A DNA stretch of 64,000 nt from Anolis carolinensis. Taxonomy: Eukaryota. The translations under genes and the position numbers were made by a program. Positions 49,996-62,699 of the stretch are shown one piece after another (position 1 is the stretch's first letter; the number at the start of each line of letters is the position of its first letter). Location of the stretch: contig NC_085843.1 of assembly GCF_035594765.1 (NCBI RefSeq), positions 55,784,201 to 55,848,200 of the forward strand, written 5' to 3'. The notes beneath the pieces were generated by a model that did no database searches, was not told the DNA's origin, and saw only the letters and a program-made list of their open reading frames with translations.

Positions 49996-50235
49996 CTACA
50001 GGGGGAGAAAGAATTTTATATTTTTCTTCAAAAGCATGAATTTCATACACCGGAACACCTTTAGCAGTTTAGATTGATTTTACCTCATTCAGAGAAGAGT
50101 TGATTTTAAAATGAAAATTAATAGAAGTACATGCTAGAAGTATTTTAAATTCAGGATCACGCTGTGCATTCTATATTCTGCAACTGTAGTTTGCATTTAA
50201 GGTCTTCCCACTTACCTCTCACTAGTCCTGCTCAC

Positions 50236-50336
50236 CTTAAATTTTGTTTTGTGATGTAAAGCAGCAAGTCCACAGCCCTCTGTTCAATAATTTGCAGAAA
50301 ACTCTTCAAAACAGGACAGCTTGGTAGATCATGTGC
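50236..50336 (-). CDS. ACP6: ACP6 exon 7
   Basis: AHDLPSCPVLKSFLQIIEQRAVDLLLYITKQNLR; TTTCAG| acceptor, |GTGAGC donor. Confidence 0.9.
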
Positions 50337-50912
50337 CTGAAATAATAATGTGTGAAGAAAAAGCCTGGGAAAGAGGTTAATGGAAAGGAGACAAGAGCTC
50401 CAAATCAGGCTTCCATCACGTTCAAGGCCATATTTTTGGGACTATGCTAGACATGATGGAAATGGTAGTCTAAAATATATGGAGAACCACAGGCCCCCAC
50501 TCCTATGTTTTGTTTAATATAGATTGAATCATTTTCTCTTAGTATGAACTCATGGCCATATACTGTATGTGAATGCATATGTTACTGCTCTAACAGGTAG
50601 AAGTGGATCAGAAGGACAGCAGTTATGGATGTGTGGAGAATCTGCTAGGGATGGCAAGAACATAAATGGATGTGTTATTTCCTAAAGAAAAAAGTGCTAG
50701 CATGCTGGACACTGCAAGGGTGGTTTATAAAATTATGTTGGAGAAAATCTTTGGTTCTCTGAAAGTCCTCAATGAGGTCAAGAAAGGTGGAGAAGCTTTG
50801 CTGAGAGACAGATTGGGCCTGGCACAAATTAATTATATTGTATAGTGTCTATAGAGAAGAGCCATATGGACTGGGGGCATAGCATTTCCAATACCACCAG
50901 TACACTATAGAA

Positions 50913-51009
50913 CAGGCTTGGGCAGAAATCCCAGCCAGCTCACCGGCTGTTAGGAATTGTGGGATTTGAAATCCAAAACACCTGGAGGGCCAAGATTTGC
51001 CCATGCCTG
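50913..51009. mobile_element. Internally deleted palindromic hAT MITE
   Basis: TIR CAGGCTTGGGCA / TGCCCATGCCTG; TSD CTATAGAA/CTGTAGAG. Confidence 0.7.
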
Positions 51010-51311
51010 CTGTAGAGCATCATTACTCAAGAAATTGAGCTTTTAACTTCTACTAGGCAATGGAAAAGACATTATATAAGAAAGCTATTGAAGGATGGCT
51101 AGTGATGAATGCAAACTAGTATGATTATGTAAAGTGAAAAGTTGGTTATAATTGCACATGAGGATTAAAATATTAGAAGATGTAAGCTATTCCTTTGTCT
51201 CCCAGATTTTGCAAATGGCCTGGTTCTACCGAGAAGTTTTTCTACCACAGCTTGCTTGTACTCCTCAGCTAAGTAAAGAAAACAAACTATTTCTATAAAG
51301 GTACTGTATAC

Positions 51312-51444
51312 CTGTTCTGCAAAGATGTTGTCGAAGAGAAGAAAAAAATCCACAGCATTTTCATCGCTGATGCCCATCTTTTGTTTGATGGTGTTTAGGT
51401 CCTCAGAAATGCCTGGCTGCAATTGTGCATTAGCTAACCCCTCT
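51312..51444 (-). CDS. ACP6: ACP6 exon 6
   Basis: EGLANAQLQPGISEDLNTIKQKMGISDENAVDFFLLFDNIFAEQ; phase consistent. Confidence 0.92.
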
Positions 51445-52365
51445 CTGTCAAGGAAAACCAAATGCTTCAGGTTATTACTGAAAGTTGCCCAAAGAAATAG
51501 AGCCTTTCTTAGATATGGGGAGCTAAGATATGAGGACCTTGCAATAAAGGAAAGCAGTCTTGGGCTCTGGCTGCCTATTAGCATATTATGTTCAGGGATT
51601 TGTTGTTAACAAATTAGAAAATACCTTGCAAGCAGGATAGGACAATAAGTCTTCCCTGTATGTGCCATGTCAGCCACTGAGATCATCAATGAATTCATTG
51701 CTCCACAACCAAAAAAATGCCACCTGGCACTGACATCAAAGCAGGCCTTCTTAGTGACAGTAGCAAAATTTTGGAGTTACTTTTGGGATGCTATAAGGAA
51801 GAAAATTACCTTCAAACACCTGATGAAAACTTAACTATTTTCACAAGGATACCCTCTGTTGTCATTATTTTAACTGTTTTTTATAGTGGTATTAAACACT
51901 TAGTGCTCATTTATTGTAATAATTTCATTTCTTACCCACCTCTCCTTGTGGCTCAGGGTGGATTACAACATAGTTAAAACACATAATTATTGTAAACACT
52001 CTATAAAATAAACATATTTCTATACATATTAAAATACTCAGAACAAAGATTAAAACACAGGATGCGAGTTTAAAATTCTTGATGAAAAACTGTCTGGGTA
52101 AGCCTACCAGAAGAGATAGATCTTCAGATGTCATGTGTTAAAATGTTTTGTTTACTTCCACTATAAACCATCTGGAGATGTCTTGATATTAATAGGTACA
52201 ATACAATTACAGCTTGAGCCTCCCTTATGCATAAAGCTGAAAACCAAAAAATCAAAACCTTGGGGCAGCAGCCAGCCACTTCTGCCTTCAAAGCAGGATC
52301 TGTGGCATCCTTGCTCACTGGTCTCTCGGATCCCCAGTCTCCTTTCTCACATCTCATATGCAATA

Positions 52366-52705
52366 CAGTGTTCCCTCACTTATCACAGGGGTTAGGTTCC
52401 AGGACCACCCGCAATAAGTGAAAATCTGCGAAGTAGGGATACTATATTAATTTTAGTATTTATACATTTTAGTAGTTATACACTATTTTAAGTCTTTATC
52501 AACCAATCCTGTGTTGATAAATCGCCTCCTTCTCCTCCTGTTGGCGCTTGGGCTCCTTTTCTCTCCCTTTGGCTTCTCCTTCCTCCCTTCCTTAGGCTGT
52601 AAATTGTAATTTTTTATGATTTATAATAGTCTTTTAGAGTTTACTGAAAAACCGCAAAACAGCGAATCCGCAAAAAGTGAACCATGGAGTAGTGAGGGAA
52701 CACTG
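52366..52705. mobile_element. Tc1/mariner MITE
   Basis: Perfect TIR CAGTGTTCCCTCACT, TA flanks; copy of 41359-41681. Confidence 0.9.
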
Positions 52706-52869
52706 TACAGTTAGCAAATGAGCAAGAGGCGAGGCTGGAGAGAGATGTGAGGAGCTATGAAATAGGAAGAATTGTAAAAATCCAAGACATCTCATATATA
52801 AACAAATACAGGTTATACAACCTGTAGTGAGGAATAAACATAGTATGTACTTGGCAGTAAAAAATCAAT

Positions 52870-53073
52870 TGGCCAGCTGCCAGCTGCAACAAATCACTCT
52901 GACCAAGAGGTCATGAGTTCGAGGCCAGCTCGGAGCCTACGTCTTGTCTCTGTCTCTGTTCTATGTTAAGGCATTGAATGTTTGCCTTATATATGTAATG
53001 TGATCCACCCTGAGTCCCCTTCGGGGTGAGAAGGGCGGAATATAAATACTGTAAATAAATAATAAATAAATAA
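52870..53073 (+). mobile_element. SINE with L2-type tail (AnolisSINE2-like)
   Basis: B-box GAGTTCGAGGC, L2-type hairpin CCCTGAGTCCCCTTCGGGGTGAGAAGGGCGG, (TAAA)n tail. Confidence 0.7.
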
Positions 53074-53536
53074 ACATGGAGATAATGGTAAATTTCAGAA
53101 AAAGTTGCAAAAGCCCAACAAGTTCTCAGCTAAAGAAAGAGCATATTTCAGAACAAATCAATAAATTGCTGTTGTAACAAGATAGCCCATGGCTATTTTG
53201 CAGAATCTCTATAATTGTGCCTATCTTAAAACTAAAACCACTATAAATCTAATTCTTATAGAAGTATAATAGTTCAGGGGTACTGTTTTAAAAATATGCT
53301 GGCTGTGTCATGGCTCCTTTATTCAAGATTAAGATTTCCAATTTGGCTGGATACTGGTGTGATAGTTCACCAAATTCTTATGACTTTCAACTGCTATCTT
53401 TTGCATACCACCAAAATACACACTGGATTGGGAATTTTTGGAGGATGCCCTATATTTGGAAAGCCTTTGTAAATTCACTTTTAACATACTACTGTGCCTT
53501 CCATCAGCATAATGGCACCACACAATGGTATCTTAC

Positions 53537-53624
53537 CGGTTCATATGTCTCAACCTCTTGCAGTTCATTGGGTTGGGATAAAGTATTTCTGATTCTGCTT
53601 CATCTGTAACTATGGTAATAGGTC
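53537..53624 (-). CDS. ACP6: ACP6 exon 5
   Basis: GPITIVTDEAESEILYPNPMNCKRLRHMNR; CCAG| acceptor, |GTAAGA donor. Confidence 0.92.
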
Positions 53625-55249
53625 CTGGTTGATAGACAAAAACATTTCATTCTAATAAACTCCGAATTAATGTTCTAAACCTTCAGATGTTAGAATTAGG
53701 TCTAACATATCTTGTGCTTCACTCAATTTAAAATAATTTATAATCTTAGAGCTACGTACTGGATTTTAGGAGTTAGGCCAGCCTCCTCCCCATTTCTACC
53801 ATTATTTCTGCAAGGCTCATTAGAGAACTTCATCTCCATTTGAAAGCATACAAGTCTCTATTCCAATTACATTTCTACTCCCAGCTAACGTTAAATCATG
53901 GCTACAAACTAATAAGGGAATGGCCCGACTGTGCTCAATGCCAAGTAAAGTATACCACTTATTAACACATGCCTTCAAACACTTGCTGGTGATATATTCA
54001 GCTCATACAAATAATGACTTATATGATTCTTTCCCCATGTAAATTAATTTACACCACAGCATACTATTATCCTAGTCAAAACCATTACAACTGTTATCAC
54101 CACCATTATAAATACTTGACTTTATGGAATAAGAGTTAAACCCAGAGGATTCTGCCTTTCCCAGTAGTTTCCCAATAATTATGTTTTATGAGCTTTGAGG
54201 CACAGAAGCACTAGTTTCTGTAAGGAATTGTGGTTCTGCACAAACTCCTTAGGAGCATTAGTGCATTTACATTTAACAAGCAACTTGATCTCAACAATGA
54301 ACCTTTACATCAGTTTCACATGATGCTTAGTTCTTCTGGTTCTCTGGAAAACATTTGCTTAAAATGATTCTTTGTGCCCACAAGGTATTTCACCACCTTT
54401 TAAACTCGGGGAGATTGCTTTCCAAAAATGGGAATTCCCACCCCTACATTAAGCAGTGTAGACATTACCCTAATCTATCCATTCAGTTTCTTTCTAGCTA
54501 TCATAATGGTAGATCCATTCTGAACTTTCTCCTCATGACGGATAGCTAAGTGATCTCCCTTTCCTTTGCTGTAATCTGTCACTTTGTGAATATGAAGTTT
54601 ACTTTCCTTTAGGTATTTTCAAACATCAACCAGTTGCCTATGATCCTATTAGAGTTGGGTCACAAATCATACCGTTTTGGGGGGAGACTGATGGTTGGAA
54701 CAGTTTGACCAGTCAAAGTGAAAAGGTTGCTAGATACCTGCTTCCACTGCCCATAGTTCCTGAAGCTATAGCAAATCATTAACCCTCTAGTAGAGGTGGT
54801 CCTTCAGGTGTTTTTGTACTATAAACCCCATCAGTCCTGGCTTATGAAGGGTGACTGGAGTAGTAGTCTAATGACAACATTCCTTATGTTTGCCTTGGTG
54901 CAACATTTGGGGAAAAAACAGCCAAGGTCCCTTTGAAGTCAGTTATGTTGACTGTGTATGTCAGCCTTTTTTAATCAGGTTCTCCAGACTTTAATTCCCA
55001 TTATCCCGCACCACTCAGATTATGGGAGGTATAGTCCAAAACAAACCAGAGGGTACCACATTCCAGAATGCTGCTGTAAATGATAATCTTCACCTGTCAT
55101 GATATTAACTTCTGAACCACCTGAAGGTGCCACGGCAGCTCTCTTTGGCCATCTGTTGGTGGATGTTTGATTGCTTACCTGAGAGACCAGGGCTTCAATC
55201 GTTTTCTCATTGCTCATTTTTGAAAATATGTCTTATATTTATGTGAAAA

Positions 55250-55390
55250 CAAGACAATCTCCAGTGCTCCCAAGTCCCATCTCAGCAAAGCAGTCCAGAG
55301 GAATACCATGGTCAATGGTATCAAAAGCTGCCCTGAGGTCCAAGAGAACCAGAGCGGACACACTCCCACTGTCTAGTTCTATTCATAGGT
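55250..55390 (-). mobile_element. L2 LINE RT fragment
   Basis: Minus strand encodes GSVSALVLLDLRAAFDTIDHGI. Confidence 0.7.
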
Positions 55391-55689
55391 CGCAAGGTGA
55401 CCAAGGAGTTGACAACAACAAACTGGCCCTGTGCACTCCACTCCCCACATATTTTACTACCCCATCTCTGCTGACAATTTGATGATAGTCACATCTCCAA
55501 TATTTCCTCTAAAACAAAGTGTGCAAGGAACCTGCAGCTCATTTTAAAGTAGATTTGTGCTTTTTAAAACTACAATTGCTGCTAAGAGAATGTGGCTCTG
55601 GCAGGTTGGGTTCTGACCCTGGTCCTCAGACCTCCACAATTTGCCTGACATAATACCCTTAGAGAATGCTTTAAGACGGACAGAGTTGG

Positions 55690-55915
55690 CTAAACTGAGA
55701 CTGGTATACTTTGGTCATATCATGAGAAGGCATGACTCACTAAAAAGACAACAATTCTTGGTAAGATAGAAGGCAATATGAGAAGAGGAAGATTGCATCC
55801 CAGATGGATAGACTCAACCAAGAAAGCCATAGCCCTGAGTCTTCAAGACTTGAACAGGGTGCCATGGATATCTCTCATTCATAGGGTTACCATAAGTTGA
55901 AGTCAACTTGACAGA
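55690..55915 (+). mobile_element. RTE/BovB-like LINE 3' fragment
   Basis: KLRLVYFGHIMRRHDSLKKTTILGKIEG..RWIDS motif. Confidence 0.7.
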
Positions 55916-56155
55916 AACTAACAAAAAGGACTGAACAGAAGGAAGTCCACTTCAACAGAAGTGGAAAATATGCAGCCCTCAAGACATTGCGGCACTGTAA
56001 TTCCAGCAGCCATAGCCATCACCAGCCATGGCGAGAAATGCTGAGAGCTGCAGTTCAACATTTCAAGGTCTGTACCCATCTTCCTGAAAAGAGTATGTGA
56101 GATCATGGAAACCAGAACCAAGAAAAGAGAAATAAAATGCTCTCCTGTCGCTAAC

Positions 56156-56235
56156 CTTCTTTCTGTTGTTGGAACAACCCAGCCAGCAAACATCTCGTGG
56201 ACTCCAGATTCCGAACAATATTACTGGATCGGACA
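56156..56235 (-). CDS. ACP6: ACP6 exon 4
   Basis: [26 protein letters not shown]; TTTCAG| acceptor, |GTTAGC donor. Confidence 0.93.
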
Positions 56236-57004
56236 CTGAAAGACAGAAGGTAGCCAATTAAATGGAGCAGACAAATGGCCACACCTTATTGTGCAACCTA
56301 ACATGGATGTCATCATTGTTACAGACTATCAGCAGCTCAGCATCACCTGTCCACACCAAACGCTGTGGAAGGACAAACATGGTGGCCAATCCTTTATGCT
56401 GGCTGCAGATTTTTAGTGCTTTCTTAGCTATAGTTTCCTGTATCAGCCAGGGATTGGACTGACCCTTGAAGTCCACTCCAATTCTATAATTCTACAAACA
56501 TAATGTATGAGATGGACACACTAGTCTGAATCTTCTCCACATTGAACCATCTGTATTCTCAGGGACTTGTCCAAAATCTTCCTCTGCATCAGTACAAGAG
56601 ACAGGGCTTTTTCAGTGGTGGCACCTCATTTTTGAAATGCTGCCCAGAGAAACTGGCCTTGGTTTTGACTATGTGCCAAACAAAGTTTTATTTTTTGCTT
56701 TCCCTAGGCATTTTAAGAAATGTCAGTAATTCTACATCATTTGGCTGCTACTTTTATTTTTTGCAGCATATATTACACTGTTCTTAGCGCTGCTAATTTT
56801 ATTATGCATTGCTTCCATCAATTTTTTTTATTGTTTCTATATTGTATTTGCACAATACCTAGAGTACTCAGGTTATAGAAGGGAGAAAATGAAAATAGAC
56901 AGGACGTCTATCAGGGCTGATGTAGTGGAGAGCAAGAGCAAAATGACACCAGAAGAAAAACACAAAGCTATTTGAAAGAAAACCGATACCATTAAGAAAC
57001 TCAC

Positions 57005-57135
57005 AAGACCTCAGATGGTTTAAATGCTGGCGAGAGGAAGTTGGTCTCCTTGATGTATCGTCTCCTTAGCCGTTCTCCCAATGCAAAGACCTGCTGCATG
57101 CCTACTTTTGTCAGCTGCCCTGCAAACACACCACC
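57005..57135 (-). CDS. ACP6: ACP6 exon 3
   Basis: [43 protein letters not shown]; an 89-nt intron separates it from exon 2. Confidence 0.94.
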
Positions 57136-57224
57136 CTGGGAAAAGGGGAAGAAAGCGCTATTTAAGATTCTTGAAAGAGGAAAAGCAAGAACCATTGTTT
57201 GTAAAGAAAGCACATTTTCCTCAC

Positions 57225-57353
57225 CTTCATAGTAATTTTTCGGTAGTTTTCTTCATAAGGCGAATAAGGCTTTGGTCCACCAGTGAGATCTGTTACTGTG
57301 TAGTCAAACTCTGTCTTAGCAGGAATCTCCAGGAGAGAAGGACTCCATTCCAC
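57225..57353 (-). CDS. ACP6: ACP6 exon 2
   Basis: [43 protein letters not shown]; canonical splice sites. Confidence 0.93.
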
Positions 57354-60300
57354 CTGTTCCAGCAACAGGATCAGAAATGTTCATTAGAGACCAAAAAAGG
57401 TGTCAACAACTAGGATGGAGGCAAGAGCATGGTAACATTCCACATATTGCTGGATTACAATTCTTCACTTAAACAACATTATGAATAGGGCTCATCGGAG
57501 TCATGGTTCAATAATACATGGAAGGTCACAAGACCCTAAAACTGGAATCAGAAAAAAAGGACCTTATGGAGAATTCCTTTTGTCGCAATGGGCCAAAGAA
57601 AACATTACTACTGAGTGAGCGAAGGCAAGATATCTTCTGTGACAAGCACATTCTTCTGAAGGATATTGAAAAGCACCACACAGATAGAACCAATACAGAA
57701 TTCTGCTTTTGGTGTTTTGTGAGGGACAGAGTTTGGTTATACAGTGTAACTGGTTGCAAAATTAAAATGAGACTATTACAAATATATATTTTCCCTCACA
57801 CAGGTTCCTTGAAATTAAAAGTAGATCATTTCATAAATGACCTCATATTTGGGAATTCTCAATTAGCTAACCTATTGTGATAATCTCAAAGTAAAAGTAG
57901 AAGTGAATAACCATTTAGTCAGTGTAAATTCACAACTACTAATAATGTGCATGGTGGCAGGCGAACCTCAAAGGAAGCCAGGCAATAGCTCCCAATGTTC
58001 ATTATTTGGTGATGCATCACACAACTGGAAATGACAAAAATATCCTTTTGGGAAAAAGTACAACCCATGAGATTTTATTTCCATCCTGTCCCATCTCCCC
58101 AGTGGAGACTCAGAGTGGCTTACAACATATAGAGAGCATATAAAAATACAAAATAACATAAACCAAAAGATAAAACTCAATGTACATTTACACAAGCAAG
58201 AAAGACAATCAGACCAACAGAGTCACATTATAACCATTCATATTTAAGAGATTTTTAAAATTTAGTGTTTAAAAGATTCAATTAAAAGCATTTAAAAGCC
58301 AAATCCCCTATCACAGCTCCAAAGATGGGTGCTGGACCTCAGTTCTCCAAATCCTGCCGTCCAAAAAATGTGTTTCCTAACCTCTATGCTAGTTTGTCAA
58401 TGTACTGAGTGTTGAAGATCAATGCAGGAAACAAGACTGCCAGTGTAGATTGCAGCAATTAAACGACTCACAATAATATCACCATGATCACATGGAGTAT
58501 CTTTCCTCAGCTGTGCAATGTCTTAAATTTTCTGAATCCACCACAGATGTTTGCTTCTGCATTGCCAAACATTTATGCTTGGCAACATAAGAGAAGAAAT
58601 ACTAAACCTTCTGGAGCAAGGTGTGGCATTATAACACTTTGAACTATGTACCAAGAGCTTATCCAAACAAGAACAGAACAACCCTCTGGATCCTTTGTTT
58701 CAGTGTACATAATCTAGTTTTGGCTAGGCTAGCAGTGGAGGGCAAGTACGTGCAAAGTACAATTCTGAATGTGTCTACTCCGAAGTAAGTCTCACCCATT
58801 TCCAGGTAAGTTGGTTTAAGAATGCAGCTTCAATTACCTCTGCTGCTCTTCAAATGACTTCTGTTTTCTTTTGCAGTGCCAAAATTCACTTAGAAAATTT
58901 CCTGGGTTGCCCTAAATTTTTAGTAGGAAAACTTCAACTCCCCAAATCCTGGGCAATAGCCAGGAATACTGGGAGTTAGAGCACAACAACACAGTTAGAG
59001 CACAGTCTTTCACACTGTACAGTTACAGCATTGTGGTTCCACTTTAGCTGCCATGGTGACAAACTATGGTTCGTAATTTGGATCTCTCTATCGAAGAATT
59101 CCAAGTACAGGCTGAGCGTCCCTTGTGGAAATTTGAAAACACTCCAAAATTGTGCACGTAGGTGGCACTGTTGCTTTTTGACGATTCACAATATATAAAG
59201 TTTGTTGCATTCTATGAAGAAATAAAATTACTTTCAGAATAAGTATATTAGGAACTTCATCCCACAAAGAGGGAAAGCGGGTGTAATCATCTTCATGTGG
59301 TGTTTCATGGGGTTTAAAGAAGACAAGGAATTCACTCGGCCCCATCACATAGAATTGCCTCCTCCCCTTTCCAGCTCAACCATCCACTTCATTCCCATCA
59401 CACGGGTGGCTGATGTCTCCTCCCATTTCAAGGATACCTGCACATTTTTTAAAACGGGTATCCTTTGGATTCACTGGAATCAATTACTTTCCGACTTGAT
59501 AAACCTCAGTTTCTACACATTTCAGAAATGGAGTACCACAGGCAACCAATGGAAGTAGTCTTGTGTTGTTTGATGGGCTCCATTAGACTCTGTCTTTAAA
59601 GCGTGCAGAAATGGGGAAAAGCCAAAGTATGGTGAGAGTAGACATGAAGCATAAATGAATTCTGTGCTTGAGACTTGGCTTCTGCTCTCAAGATAGGTTC
59701 ATAATGTATGTATATTCAACAACAGTAAATCTATTTATTGTACTAACCAAAGGCCATGAGAAAGAACTATAAAATGTACAGAATGTTCACGATAAAAAAT
59801 GTACAAAAGGAGATAATAACAGTTATTATCATGTTCATATAAAGAATAAACCTTTCAAGCGACATATAATTTTCTAACACCAAAACCCAATTAATACTTT
59901 GAGTCTCCATGGCAATTTGTCATAATCTTATTTAGTTCTCTTTTTAATCAGAAACAAAAAAAACCCCATCTTATATGTTACAAATCATTGGAATCCCTCG
60001 GGCAAAAAACCCGAACTAATTGTATAGGAGAGTTCGTACTTCCATTGGTCAGCAAGGGTTTGAGCAGTCAAAACATGTATCTATATTGTGGAATGAAACC
60101 ACTCTGACACCATTGTAAGTGCCGTGGCTCAGTGCTGTGGGATCCTGGGAGTTGTAGTTTTACAAGGCGTCATGCATTCTTGGCCAAAGAGTGCCAATAT
60201 TTCATCAAACTACAATTCACAGGATCCCATTGCATTGAGACATGGCACTTTGAAGTGGTGTCAAACTGCATTCATTCTACAATGTAGATGCACCCAAATA

Positions 60301-60574
60301 CAGGTATCCCCAAATCCAAACAAACAAACCCAAAACATGTTTGGTCTCAAGCATTTCAAATAAAGGACACCCATTTCCAAGCTATAAATCCCATTCCTGA
60401 ACTACAAATCCCATAGAAACTGTAGCTTCCTAAACTTTATCCCCAAACTTCAATTCTTCTCTTTTCTAAACTGCAAATCCCACAGAAACCCTACCCGTTC
60501 CTAAACTGCAAATCTCATTCTAAAACTGCAATCCTTATAGAAATTATACCCATCCCTAAACTCATTCCTAGACT

Positions 60575-60840
60575 ACACTATGTAACAAAATTTGAAAGTG
60601 TGGTTTCCTGTTTAATTGTGCGGTTGTGATACTTTCTTTGAAAGTAGCTGTTATACTTCAGAAACTTTGTTTTTGTGGCTGCCACAAACTATGTTGAAAT
60701 GATTGAGACTCTTATGATGGGTTTTTTCATTGAAAAAACGATAGCAAAATGTGCAGGATGTCCCGCAAAAGAAAAGTTTTTGCAGTTTAATCAACCTTTT
60801 CTCCATAGTTTTTTATGCTAGAGCCTGTGATAGAAACAAT
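60575..60840. mobile_element. DNA-transposon-derived repeat (Chapaev-like), truncated
   Basis: Starts CACTATGTAACAAAATTTG; shares ACTTCAGAAACTTTGTTTTTGTGGCTG with about 24883-24909 and has a related piece at about 63570-63690. Confidence 0.45.
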
Positions 60841-60845
60841 TAGGA

Positions 60846-61530
60846 ACTTACTTACTTAGGCGATCCCTTGTTGTCCAAATATGATGGCCCTCTGAGAGTT
60901 GTGTCTTGGTGGTGGATATGTAGGTGGCTGTAGAGCCCTATTCTTGACCCGCATGTTCTTCCACAGTGAGGACATTGGTTTCCAGTTGGAAGGTGGTCCT
61001 GGTCAGGGTTGGCTTGACGCGCCTTCCTCTTGGCACATTTTGTCCTCCATTTGAGCCTCTTCAAATTCCACAGCACTGATGGTCATAGCTGACCTCCAGT
61101 TAAAGCGCTCAAGGGCCAGGGCTTCCCAATTCTCAGTGTCTATGCTGTGGTTTTTAAGGTTAGCTTTAAATCTATTTTCCTGTTCACCAATCTTCCGTTT
61201 TCTGTTCTTGAGTTGGAAGTCCAGTAACTGTTTTGAGAGACAGTGATCAAGCATTTGGGCAATGTGGCCAGTCCAGCAAAGTTGATGGTGTAAGAGCATC
61301 GCTTCAATGCTGGTGGTATTTGCTTTTCCCAGTACCTGACATTTGTCCGCCTGTCTTCCCAAGAGATTTGCAGGATCCTTCGGTGGCAACGCTGATGGAA
61401 TTGTTCCAGGAGTTGAGTGTGACGTCTGTAGACGTTCCACGTTTTGCAGGCGTATAGCAAGGTTGGGAGGACAATAGCTTTATAAGCAAGCATCTTGGTA
61501 CTCTGTAGTCTGTGCTCATTCAGAAGACCC
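60846..61530 (-). mobile_element. RTE LINE 3' fragment
   Basis: TKMLAYKAIVLPTLLYACKTW, LCWTGHI and CPHCGRTCGSRIGLYSH motifs over three frameshifted ORFs; (TAAG)n tail. Confidence 0.88.
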
Positions 61531-61882
61531 ACAAACCACTCTAAACAGAAGCATACGGAAAGCTTGGCCTCTCACTGAACATAGAGAAAACCAAAGTGCT
61601 CTTTCAGCAGTCACCAGAAACAATTAGTGTCAGGAAGGCTAATTTTTATTGATTGGAGCGAAGTGCAATCCGATCTGGCGAGACTCCACATTAACGTATA
61701 TTGCTTTTAAAATGCATATTTATGTTGATGGATTGATTTTTATGTTTATATATGTGCTTTTACTGCTATTGTTATATGTATGGTTGATTTGCGTTGCGAG
61801 CCACTTTAGGGCCCGTTCTGGGAGAAAAGCAGGATATAAATAAAAGATTATAACTACTATTATTATTATCCATACCTCACAA

Positions 61883-61923
61883 CCTCTGAGGATGCCTGCC
61901 ATAGATGTGGGTGAAACGTCAGG
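61883..61923 (+). ncRNA. Minimal type I hammerhead ribozyme within a Penelope-like terminal fragment (about 61869-61974)
   Basis: CCT-CTGAGGA-T-GCCTGC(catagat)GTGGGT-GAAA-C-GTC-AGG: core boxes CUGANGA and GAAA, GUC cleavage triplet at 61918-61920, stem I CCT/AGG. Confidence 0.7.
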
Positions 61924-62148
61924 AGAGAATACTTCTGGAACATGGCCACACAGCCCGAAAGACATACAACAACCCTACTATTATTATTGTTTTGTAATGT
62001 ATTTAATACGTTGAGTGCTACTTTATGGGAGAAAAGCAGGATATAAATAAAGATTTGTTTTTATTTCTTTATTAGGAAATGACATTTCTAACCTAGGAAC
62101 CAAAATTGTGTTGCATAGTGTTACAAATCCCACTCCTAAACTATACAG

Positions 62149-62282
62149 AAGGCATGGGCAAACTTGGGTCTTCCCTCCAGGTGTTTTGGACTTCAACTCC
62201 CACAATTCCTAACAGCTGTTAGGAATTGTGGGAGTTGAAGTCCAAAACACCTGGAGGGAAGGCCCAAGTTTGCCCATGCCTG
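62149..62282. mobile_element. Palindromic hAT MITE, near-perfect loop-less palindrome
   Basis: Arms 62150-62215 and 62216-62281 are reverse complements at 65 of 66 positions; TSD CTATACAG/CTCTCCAG. Confidence 0.9.
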
Positions 62283-62471
62283 CTCTCCAGTGTGCCCATT
62301 CCTTCCCAATAGCGCAGGTCATTAAATCAGAGCGAGAGCAATGTGAAATGACAGCTACCTGGGTGCCTCCAGCCATGAATACTCCAACTCCCAGAAGCCC
62401 CAGCCACGGTGGCCAGCCGCCGGGGATGCTGGGAGTTGAAGTCCCGCCGCCCTCCCCGCGCTTTGGCTCAC

Positions 62472-62666
62472 CTGCCGGGCCCCCGGGATGGGCCTGAGCG
62501 GGGTGCGGGCTCCGTGCCGGAAGAGGACCAGCACCAGCTTCAGCTCGGGCCGCTCGCCTGCTCCGCCTGCGGGGCTGCCCCGGGGCTCGGCCATGGCCCT
62601 GCCCCTGGAGCCGTGCATGCAGTACGCCAAGGTGCCCAGGATGCCCACCCGCGCCCACAGACTCAT
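62472..62666 (-). CDS. ACP6: ACP6 exon 1 (lysophosphatidic acid phosphatase type 6; RHGxRxP motif)
   Basis: MSLWARVGILGTLAYC..ELKLVLVLFRHGARTPLRPIPGARQ; donor CAG|GTGAGC; CpG island; BCL9-ACP6 adjacency is established vertebrate synteny. Confidence 0.93.
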
Positions 62667-62699
62667 GCTCAGCCGCGCCTCTCCCGCTCGCTCTGCTCT

